Below, piece by piece: positions 40,757 through 48,170 of a DNA stretch of 64,000 nt. The stretch's first letter is position 1. Every line of letters begins with the position of its first letter. Both the position numbers and the translations under genes were made by a program. Under the pieces are notes generated by a model. It worked only from the letters and a program-made list of their open reading frames with translations. It was not told the DNA's origin and ran no database searches. The DNA comes from an uncultured Bacteroidales bacterium (GTDB taxonomy: Bacteria; Bacteroidota; Bacteroidia; Bacteroidales; Paludibacteraceae), in NCBI GenBank assembly GCA_902783545.1, contig CACZRD010000054.1, positions 2,171-66,170 on the forward strand. Reading direction: 5' to 3'.

Positions 40757-43528
40757 TTACTTGATCGTCTGTCCTATTGCGTTGTACTCAATGCCGCCGC
40801 GGATGAAGATCAGTTGTCCGTCGCGCATCACCTTCCGCACGCTGACCGCTGACTGCTGACCGCTGACCGCCTCAACAGCCGTCTCGTCTCCTATCACGAC
40901 CGCCTCACCGAATCCGCCGCGGGCGTTAGCCTTACGGACAGCTATCAGGGCGTCATCCGGGAAGATCTCCTCAGCCAGCTGTGTACCGGTCATCATCATT
41001 GCATTGCCGTTCTCCGCTTCTACCAGGTAGATTCCCTCTGCTTCGATATTTTGCAGATCGCATGCTGCCTGCTTGGCATCGTTGGCAGCGGTAGCAGCCC
41101 ACTCGCCGAGGGTGTACTCCATCGTATAAGTCGCAGCCTCATCAGCCGTCAGAACGGTCTGAATATCCTGTGTGGCGTTAGCGCTCTTGGTATCAATGAA
41201 GGTCACTACGTTGCTTGCAGGTGTGAGAACAGTGCCGTCTGCCAGATGGGTGTTGTACTCGCCGAATTGCGGCCACGCGTTCGGGTTCATCAGCTCTTTC
41301 GTCCAGCGCTCGATCTTACTGCCGTCCGTGAAGCTGAACTCACCTTCGCTATAATCGAACAAGGTGTTGAGGAAAGCCACTTTCGGCGAGTTGTTCCATG
41401 CGCGGCCGAGCGATACGACCGGGCACTCACTCATGAGCGTACAGCCCTCAAACACGTAACCTTTGTCGCTTGCCTGACCGTTATTCGCCGTCAGTGCATC
41501 GCTACCACCGCCGTCTTTCTTGCGCATCTCGGCATACAGCAGGTTGTTCTTGAAATACACACTGCCGTCACCGCAGATGAAATCGACAGCACCGTGGATC
41601 TCGCAATCCTCCATGTACCTGACAGCCCCCGGCAGGTTGCTGTAGTATGTATCTTGGTGGGACAGCAGACGTACGTTCTTGCATACGGTCTTCGTTCCCT
41701 GATCCCACAAGGCTACGGCACGACCGTTGTCGTTCTTGTAGTAATCCAGATCGTTCTGGATCGTCAGGTCTTGCAGATAGATACCGCTCACGTTCTTTGC
41801 AATGCGCAGGGTGGCTGTCTTGTCTATACTCTCGTTCTTAACGTCCGGAGCGTTCTTTATTCTCACCTCTGTCATCGACTGACCGATGATCGCTATGTTG
41901 CTCTTGCTGATGGTCGTCAGTACGGTCTCGCCCAGGTCGTACGTGCCGTTCGGCAGGAAGATCTTGTCGCCGCTCTCAGCCATCGCGAGCGTCAGGATGA
42001 ACGCTGCTGCGTCACCCGACGGCACCTCATAATAACCTGTTGTCGTATTTTTCTCCGGGAATTCATTCACATTATATACGACTACCTTGTGGATATACTG
42101 CTTGGCCGTCCAGTTGATGGTCAGCCAGCCGGCATTACCGGTATATTTAGCCGTCACCTCTGTGCCGTCCGGAGTCTCGTTCTTTACTACTGCATAGGAC
42201 GCCAGCTCTTGCTCGCTATCCATCACTTTGACATCACCCGACTCCGAATATTTGCAGAGCGTAACGACTACCACCGCGTTACCGGCTACTTGCACGCGGA
42301 TCGAACCGTTCTGACCGAAGAGCCAACCGTGATTGTTATAATAACTGCCGTCATACACCTCTACCGTCTCGTGATCCTCCGGGTAGAAGATCGGGTTGGC
42401 GAAGTCATAGGTCTGTACGCTACCTATAATCACATCCTCGATCGGCGTCACCTTGGCTTGGATCGTCGTATTGCCATTGATGATATCGCCCACTTTCGCT
42501 TTCTTGTCGTTCATGTAGAACCAGCCGCGGAACTTATCTGTTGCTGCTATAGCCGGCAGGTCTGCCTCGGTGTAAGGGATAGCCTCAAGGGTTGCACCTT
42601 CGATGGTCTCGACCTTGCCCAGCACACCACCGTTCTGGTCCTTGAACGTAACCGTGCAAGGCGTTACGTCACAAGCCTCTGCGAAGAAGTACGGCACGTA
42701 CGTGTTACCTGCCACCTCAAATGTCAGCGTACTTGCACCACCCGTGTAGGTGTACGTCACGAACTGATCGAAATGACCTGCCGTCTCGCCGCAAGCGTCT
42801 TTGTTATTCACGGTCGCATAAGCCAGTCCGTCTTTCAGGACGCTGATCGGCGTGCCGCTGTACTGGCAGGCACCGATGGTGAACTTCACCGGGCCGTCAA
42901 CAGGCACCGTGATCGTACCGCCTTGTACACCATGCTGACCATCTTTATAGGTAGTGCCTGCGATGCTTACGCCTTCAGGCAGTACGCCGCCTTCGGGGAG
43001 TAGCACTGTATAAGGGTTGTCACGGAACTCGATCTTGAAGTCCACGAACGTACGGGCTACGTTCTCCTTGAACTCGATCTTGCTCAATACTCCCTCGGAA
43101 CTTGTCTTACGCTCGATGTACACACCGGTCACCTCTGACGACAGTTCAATCGTCGCTGACCCGCCAAATTCTACATTTTCAGTGTCAGCGATCTTCTCTC
43201 CCTTGACCGGATTCTCTCCGTCAGCTTTCGTTGCGTTATATACAGAAACGGCATAAGCAGTCTGCGCTGTGCGGTTGGCGAATGTCAGTTTCAACTTACC
43301 TGCCACATTCGCTTTCTTAAAATATGCCCAACCGCCGTTGTTCAGCTTTACGCCTTTTAATCCGTTGTTCGTTCCGGCAGCGTCATTGACCTTACTGCCG
43401 TAATACAGTCCGTTGTCCGGATTAGCACTCGGAGCCTGCTCCGTGTAGTCCCACAGCAGGTCATTCGTTCCTGCCATCATGGTAAGGCTCGTCAGAGCCG
43501 CAAACATCAAAGAATAGATTTTTCTCAT
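40757..43528 (-). CDS. CE8 pectin methylesterase, multi-module, with the short shared tail
   Basis: 923 aa with CE8 motifs SHQDTYYSN, GAVDFICGDG and LGRAWNNSP. The tail is KVMRDGQLIFIRGGIEYNAIGQTIK. Confidence 0.85.
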   Translation of the reverse strand: MRKIYSLMFAALTSLTMMAGTNDLLWDYTEQAPSANPDNGLYYGSKVNDAAGTNNGLKGVKLNNGGWAYFKKANVAGKLKLTFANRTAQTAYAVSVYNATKADGENPVKGEKIADTENVEFGGSATIELSSEVTGVYIERKTSSEGVLSKIEFKENVARTFVDFKIEFRDNPYTVLLPEGGVLPEGVSIAGTTYKDGQHGVQGGTITVPVDGPVKFTIGACQYSGTPISVLKDGLAYATVNNKDACGETAGHFDQFVTYTYTGGASTLTFEVAGNTYVPYFFAEACDVTPCTVTFKDQNGGVLGKVETIEGATLEAIPYTEADLPAIAATDKFRGWFYMNDKKAKVGDIINGNTTIQAKVTPIEDVIIGSVQTYDFANPIFYPEDHETVEVYDGSYYNNHGWLFGQNGSIRVQVAGNAVVVVTLCKYSESGDVKVMDSEQELASYAVVKNETPDGTEVTAKYTGNAGWLTINWTAKQYIHKVVVYNVNEFPEKNTTTGYYEVPSGDAAAFILTLAMAESGDKIFLPNGTYDLGETVLTTISKSNIAIIGQSMTEVRIKNAPDVKNESIDKTATLRIAKNVSGIYLQDLTIQNDLDYYKNDNGRAVALWDQGTKTVCKNVRLLSHQDTYYSNLPGAVRYMEDCEIHGAVDFICGDGSVYFKNNLLYAEMRKKDGGGSDALTANNGQASDKGYVFEGCTLMSECPVVSLGRAWNNSPKVAFLNTLFDYSEGEFSFTDGSKIERWTKELMNPNAWPQFGEYNTHLADGTVLTPASNVVTFIDTKSANATQDIQTVLTADEAATYTMEYTLGEWAATAANDAKQAACDLQNIEAEGIYLVEAENGNAMMMTGTQLAEEIFPDDALIAVRKANARGGFGEAVVIGDETAVEAVSGQQSAVSVRKVMRDGQLIFIRGGIEYNAIGQTIK

Positions 43529-43582
43529 TGTATTTAGATTTTTCGGTTAGTTTGTGCGTCGGTCTTATATGTAATATAAAAA

Positions 43583-43647
43583 TCGATGCAAAGGTACAAA
43601 ATTTCGCGCACATATATGTGTAAAAATTCGTCAAATGGGTGGAATTC
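43583..43647 (-). promoter_or_regulatory. Promoter region of the 923-aa CE8 gene. This is copy A of a perfect 65-bp direct repeat containing a -7 box (TACCTTTG, 43589-43596) and the motif TTTGACGAATTTTTACAC (43618-43635).
   Basis: Identical base for base to 44528-44592. The -7 box lies about 60 nt upstream of the ATG at 43528. Confidence 0.7.
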
Positions 43648-43683
43648 CACAATACTGACAGATATTTTGCCCCATTTGCGAAC

Positions 43684-43713
43684 AAAAAAGACGGCTCACG
43701 TATGTGAACCGCC
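43684..43713 (-). terminator. Intrinsic terminator after the 235-aa gene
   Basis: The minus-strand RNA GGCGGUUCAC-AUAC-GUGAGCCGUC forms a 10-bp stem (two G-U pairs) followed by UUUUUUG. Confidence 0.7.
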
Positions 43714-43750
43714 TTGTTGTTTTAACAGCTGATCGCTGACTGCTGATCGC

Positions 43751-44458
43751 TTAACGGATCTCTGTGCCGAGAGCGTTGTACTTAACGCCGTTCTTGATGA
43801 TAACGAGTTGACCGTTCTCAATCGTCTTAACCGACTTAACGTCAGCGTTGATGTTATCAACAGCGGTGCTTGTACCTACCTCGATTTTAGAGATACGATA
43901 GCCACCGTCGAACTCCTTGATCTGAACATCACCGCCAATAGCCATGAACTCCAGCACTTTCCATACATAACCATCCTCGTCAGCACCTTCGCTACCCTTT
44001 GCCGGCAATGTGAGGTCAGTCGAAACAGCGATAGCATTCTTCGGGAATGTACCTGCTCCATCCAAGAAGTTAGCAGCTTTATCCCCCTTGGCAGCTACGG
44101 TCAGTTTGATAGCGTCACCGGCTGCGGTATTCTTAATAACCAGGATACCGTTCTTGCCACCGTACTCAAAGCATTTGCCCGGATAAATAACGAAAGCTTT
44201 GGATTTAGCACTCGAGTTCTTTGTCTGGAATACAAGGCTTGCTTCGTTCTTGATAACGGTCTCGTTTGGATCTTCGCCGCCAGGGATGTCATAGACGTAC
44301 TTACCTTTCTCTGTGTCCGATGCACTCTCGTTCAGGGTAGCCTGTGCACCCGGAGTCCATTCGTCAATAGATGTAGCAACAGCCGTGAGGTCGATAACCT
44401 TTGCGTTTACTGTCAAGGCTGCAATAGCAGCAGCTGCAAAAAGGAAAAATTTCTTCAT
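43751..44458 (-). CDS. Secreted non-catalytic beta-sandwich protein with the short shared tail
   Basis: The start is set at MKKFFLFAAAAIAALTVNAKV (ATG 44458), because the -7 box at 44534-44541 lies inside the longer ORF-track version. The tail is KTIENGQLVIIKNGVKYNALGTEIR. The gene has its own promoter and terminator. Confidence 0.75.
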   Translation of the reverse strand: MKKFFLFAAAAIAALTVNAKVIDLTAVATSIDEWTPGAQATLNESASDTEKGKYVYDIPGGEDPNETVIKNEASLVFQTKNSSAKSKAFVIYPGKCFEYGGKNGILVIKNTAAGDAIKLTVAAKGDKAANFLDGAGTFPKNAIAVSTDLTLPAKGSEGADEDGYVWKVLEFMAIGGDVQIKEFDGGYRISKIEVGTSTAVDNINADVKSVKTIENGQLVIIKNGVKYNALGTEIR

Positions 44459-44527
44459 GATTTTGACTTGTTTTGTGAGCCTTCCGGCTCGGTTAATGAA
44501 TATAGCTTGTTTGCTTGGTTGCAAAAT

Positions 44528-44592
44528 TCGATGCAAAGGTACAAAATTTCGCGCACATATATGTGTAAAAATTCGTCAAATGGGTGGAATTC
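44528..44592 (-). promoter_or_regulatory. Promoter region of the 235-aa gene. This is copy B of the perfect 65-bp repeat (-7 box 44534-44541; TTTGACGAATTTTTACAC at 44563-44580).
   Basis: Identical to 43583-43647. Weaker similarity continues about 40 bp further upstream. Confidence 0.7.
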
Positions 44593-44756
44593 TACACCAT
44601 TGGCAAATATTTAGTCCCTAATTGCCCAACTATCAGCTATCGGCTATCGGTTATTACCTATCGCCAATCGACTATTTTTATACTCTTCAGTTAGTCGATG
44701 ACCATTGTGTTCTTAGTAGGAACACAGCAGGGTTATGTCTGCTTATAGTCAGCACT

Positions 44757-44816
44757 CGTTGTCGTGTTGTTGCCGTGTCGTTGCCGTGTCGTTGCCGTCT
44801 TTTTGCCGTGTTTTGC
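44757..44816. repeat. Approximately 11-bp-period tandem repeat (GTCGTTGCCGT-like units)
   Basis: Read directly: ...gttgttgccgtgtcgttgccgtgtcgttgccgtctttttgccgtgttttgc. Confidence 0.8.
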
Positions 44817-44865
44817 ATGTGAAAGGATGATGATTGTACCGAGGAACGCCTTTGGACGCATAGGT

Positions 44866-44892
44866 CAAAAAAAGCAGCCCAAGCGGGCTGCT
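44866..44892 (-). terminator. Intrinsic terminator ending the PL1-giant-CE12-439aa transcription unit
   Basis: A perfect 8-bp stem (AGCAGCCC / GGGCTGCT), a 4-nt loop, and a run of 7 U on the minus-strand RNA. Confidence 0.8.
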
Positions 44893-44898
44893 TTTGAT

Positions 44899-44968
44899 GT
44901 TAAGCTGTTAAACGGTTTAGCCGTTAGGCGGTTAAGCTGTTAGGCGGTTAAGCCGTTAAACTGTTAAC
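44899..44968. repeat. 8-bp-period degenerate array (GTTAAGCT/GTTAGGCG/GTTAAGCC...) abutting the stop of the 439-aa gene
   Basis: Read directly; about 8 units. Confidence 0.85.
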
Positions 44969-46283
44969 GAACCTCTACGCCCTGCGCGTTGTAGGTCTTG
45001 CCGTTCAGCTCGATGATCACTTGCCCGTTCACGATGCGCTTGGCAGCCTTGGTGGCAACAGCGGTATTCTCGATTGCGGTCGGAGCCGGCGAATCCGGCA
45101 GGGTGACCTCAGCGATCGGTTCGTTGATCATGATCTGCTTGATCACAACAGTCTTGTCGCTTGTCGTGGTGAGCTTCATGTAGCAGTCATAAGGTACGTT
45201 GGTGATCTCCAGCTTTCCAGCCACCTGAGTCCACTGGTCAGGCGTAATGGTCGCCTCTTCGCCGTTGGCGCTGACGATGACATTATCGCCTACGAATCCG
45301 AGTTTCAAGCGGATGGACGATCCTTGCTTGATCCACAATCCCACGAAAGCACCTGCTTTCTTGAGTTTCAAGCCCAAGTACGGTTCGTTACGAGCGGTCT
45401 TCTCATCGTTGAGCGAGTCGAGTTCGTTGATGTTCTCAAAATCAATATGAGCCGCTTGAAGCACTGCTTGGAAAGCCTGATTGTCCTTGCCGTTATCCAG
45501 TACCCACTGCTCGATGTTCACCGATGCACCGTACTCATAGTTCGTATCGAAGGTAGCGGAATAAGCGATAGTAACCTCTTTGGTCAATGCGCCGATAGTG
45601 AGGCTGACCTTGGTCGAACCGGCTTCAACGTCTGCTGTCGGAGCGAATCGGATTACCACCTTGGCATTGAGCTTGCCGTCCTCGCCTACCGTTACGCTTG
45701 CCGGATTAACGTACAGACCTGACAAATTAGGCACGACCAACGTATAGTTGCCGGCAGCCAGGTTCTTGCCGCTGAAGGTAACCTCAGCCTTCGGAGCCGG
45801 ATTAGCCGCAACAGCGTTGAGCTCAACGGACTCTTTATCTACGTTAAGTACGGGATCAGAAGTAATCTCCTCGTAGGTATATCCAAAGGTCTTCACTTTG
45901 AAGTCGTCTTCTGTGTAGAAATGCAGATACGGCTTGTTGTCATCACGTACCATGACGTCGGAAGAAGTGAAGCCAATCGTTGCGCCCTCTTTAGACATTA
46001 CCATCGCACGGCTTTCGTCTTTCACAGCGCCGCCGTTCTTATAGATATACAAGAAACGTGCTGCCTGATTGTCACTTGCCACAACGGTAAACGTACCCTC
46101 TACGTTTTCCGAAGGTAACTCCACATAAACGTGGGCTTTCTTGATGGCTTTCTTGTTCAAGTCTGCCGTAATGTACGAATTGCCGGTCTTTGTCATGTCG
46201 GACAAAGCGACTACAAAATCATCTGCTGCAAACATTGTCACTGCGAACAATGTTGCTGCGAAAAGGGAAAATAATTTTTGCAT
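44964..46283 (-). CDS. Secreted non-catalytic multi-module protein (beta-sandwich and Ig-like modules) with the short shared tail
   Basis: 439 aa with an SPI signal (LFAVTMFAADD) and no recognisable catalytic motif. The tail is KRIVNGQVIIELNGKTYNAQGVEVR. Confidence 0.75.
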   Translation of the reverse strand: MQKLFSLFAATLFAVTMFAADDFVVALSDMTKTGNSYITADLNKKAIKKAHVYVELPSENVEGTFTVVASDNQAARFLYIYKNGGAVKDESRAMVMSKEGATIGFTSSDVMVRDDNKPYLHFYTEDDFKVKTFGYTYEEITSDPVLNVDKESVELNAVAANPAPKAEVTFSGKNLAAGNYTLVVPNLSGLYVNPASVTVGEDGKLNAKVVIRFAPTADVEAGSTKVSLTIGALTKEVTIAYSATFDTNYEYGASVNIEQWVLDNGKDNQAFQAVLQAAHIDFENINELDSLNDEKTARNEPYLGLKLKKAGAFVGLWIKQGSSIRLKLGFVGDNVIVSANGEEATITPDQWTQVAGKLEITNVPYDCYMKLTTTSDKTVVIKQIMINEPIAEVTLPDSPAPTAIENTAVATKAAKRIVNGQVIIELNGKTYNAQGVEVR

Positions 46284-46363
46284 GATTTAAATAAATTTAG
46301 TTAATAATAGTGTTATCTTGAGATTACCTCATGTATTCTTTACTCCTTCACTCCTCTACTCCT

Positions 46364-47743
46364 TTACTCTTTCACTCCTTCCACCCTCACATTACTCAAG
46401 TAGATATACTTGCCGGAGCGCGGGGTTGCTTCGTCGTTGAGCCATGGCAGGATGCGGATATGCAACGTCTGTCCGGCAGGAACAGTGAGATGCGTAGGCA
46501 CAATCTTCACCGTTATCGGGGTGCGTTGCGGCATAGCAACCTTCTCGTAGAACGTGTGCACATCGGTGAAATTCTCGCCGAAACCCGTGTTGATGTGGCA
46601 ACTCATCGTTGACGTGCCTACTGCCGCCAGATCCATCATGATGCCGGCGATGCGCAGGGCAGAATCCGCGGGGGCGGTGACAGCCAGGTCGATATAGCGC
46701 ACGGCATTCTCATCGATCTCGTCAGCCGGCCACGGGGTCTTCGTCTTGCCGTTGTCGGAGTTGTGGAACCGCTGCATGCCGCCCTTGGTATCAGCGCAGA
46801 GGTTGCGCGTGGAGAGTTGATAGTTGAAAGCTGAAAGTTGAAAGTTCTCGGCTCTTGACTCTTGGCTCTCAACTCTTGACTCTTGGCTAATCTCCGGCAG
46901 CTCTGCCGGAATAGTGATATACTCCGCGAGAATTCCTGCCTCCTTGAGCAGCTCGGCTGCAAGGCGGGCAATCATCTTCGCTCCTAATTCCGAGGTGTGG
47001 GTCTTATCGCCCTGGCAGAACAGATTCGCCGTGCAGTACGCATCGCCGTATTGCAGGTACAGGTCATGCGTAGCAGTAGTCAGGTCGATATAGGGCACAT
47101 CCATCTGAGCCGCCACCTGGCGCATCTGCCAGACATAGTCCATCGAGTGGTCGTCGGCAGGAACGGACTGATTCTCCAGCAGCACCCCACCCTCTATCTT
47201 ATTGAACTTATCACCCAGATCGTGCTGACCATTACGGCGCAAGGTAACGGAGTCCACAAAGTACTTGCGGCATATAGGTCCTACTAACACGGGCGTACAC
47301 CCGAGCGCGCGTACCTCATCTATAAAACGGATGAGGTTAGCTTTGTAGGTCGTGTTCGGGCACGTGCCGCGCAGGTCGGTGAGAGCAGGCTGACCATTGG
47401 CTACGAGGTAGTCGTTGTATTCGAGGACATCCACGCCGTTGCATTTCTCGTCGTTGTGCGCAAACTGTATGAGCACGTAGTCACCGACGCTCATCTGCGT
47501 CTTCACTGACGGCCAGAGATTAGGCTGCTCGTAGAACGTACGCGTCGATGCGCCCGACTTGCCGCGGTTGTTGACAGTCACATAGGTCGAGTCGAAGAAC
47601 AGACCGAGGTACGTCCCCCACCCGCGTTTGTCCGTGGCGGAAGGTTTGTAGTCCGACATCGTGCTGTCGCCTATAGTGTGTACCTTGACGGCGCTCACCG
47701 GCAGACACAGCACCGCTGCCAATATGGTAAGGACTTTTTTCAT
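46364..47743 (-). CDS. CE12/SGNH rhamnogalacturonan acetylesterase fused to a C-terminal beta-sandwich domain through a repeat-encoded linker
   Basis: 459 aa with SGNH blocks GDSTMSDY, GKSGASTRTF and GDKTHTSELGA. The linker is SQESRVESQESRAENFQLSAFNYQLST. Confidence 0.8.
   Translation of the reverse strand: MKKVLTILAAVLCLPVSAVKVHTIGDSTMSDYKPSATDKRGWGTYLGLFFDSTYVTVNNRGKSGASTRTFYEQPNLWPSVKTQMSVGDYVLIQFAHNDEKCNGVDVLEYNDYLVANGQPALTDLRGTCPNTTYKANLIRFIDEVRALGCTPVLVGPICRKYFVDSVTLRRNGQHDLGDKFNKIEGGVLLENQSVPADDHSMDYVWQMRQVAAQMDVPYIDLTTATHDLYLQYGDAYCTANLFCQGDKTHTSELGAKMIARLAAELLKEAGILAEYITIPAELPEISQESRVESQESRAENFQLSAFNYQLSTRNLCADTKGGMQRFHNSDNGKTKTPWPADEIDENAVRYIDLAVTAPADSALRIAGIMMDLAAVGTSTMSCHINTGFGENFTDVHTFYEKVAMPQRTPITVKIVPTHLTVPAGQTLHIRILPWLNDEATPRSGKYIYLSNVRVEGVKE
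46816..46888. repeat. Two adjacent short-period arrays inside the CE12 gene, encoding the inter-domain linker
   Basis: gttgatagttgaaagctgaaagttgaaagtt, followed by ctcggctcttgactcttggctctcaactcttgactcttggct. Confidence 0.8.
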
Positions 47744-47776
47744 GGTAATGGTCTTAAATTGTCTTTAATAGTTGAC

Positions 47777-48145
47777 CTAAATAACCCTTCTTCTATAAAC
47801 GACAAATAGCAACGCCATCAGTAGCAGCGGGAGAGCGGCATCGCCGAGGGGCATCGGATCGGTTCCCGGATTAGGAGGTATTATACGGCGTGGGTTACGC
47901 GGCACATCTGTCGAGGTGCTACTGCCGCTACCGCCACCGTATATCGCTTTGCCGTCCGCATTCAATGAGGGGTTGAATGAGTGGGGACTGCCGCTTGGGG
48001 TCATACAGCTTGTGGAGCAGAACGCCGCAACAGGTGCCTTGACCGGAGCGAATGGGGTAGCAGTTGTACTCCATTGCGCCATGGCTGGCAGTGCGAACAC
48101 TGCCGCCATGATGATCACAATCGTTCTATTTATTCGGTGCCTCAT
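47777..48145 (-). CDS. Small secreted Gly/Ser/Pro-rich protein with a C-terminal motif + TM helix + Arg-cluster architecture
   Basis: 122 aa with a signal peptide (AVFALPAMAQW). The C-terminus is DPMPLGDAALPLLLMALLFVVYRRRVI. Confidence 0.6.
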   Translation of the reverse strand: MRHRINRTIVIIMAAVFALPAMAQWSTTATPFAPVKAPVAAFCSTSCMTPSGSPHSFNPSLNADGKAIYGGGSGSSTSTDVPRNPRRIIPPNPGTDPMPLGDAALPLLLMALLFVVYRRRVI

Positions 48146-48170
48146 AATTCATTGTCTTTCTGCGTTCAAC

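Noticed and set aside
44459-44536. The longer 261-aa version of the small secreted protein (ORF-track start at 44536).
   Set aside because: The extension contains the -7 promoter box (44534-44541) of the duplicated promoter. A canonical signal peptide (MKKFFLFAAAAIAAL) begins at the internal ATG 44458.
44757-44816. The tandem GTCGTTGCCGT-like repeats were considered as a possible CRISPR array or minisatellite locus.
   Set aside because: The units are ~11 bp and directly adjacent, with no spacers. There is no leader, and no cas genes lie in the window.
44622-44822. A 66-aa plus-strand ORF in the repeat-dense island.
   Set aside because: It is composed almost entirely of translated tandem arrays (QLSAIGYYLSPIDY, CRVVAVSLPCRCRLFAV). 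It has no promoter context and its orientation is opposite to all surrounding units.
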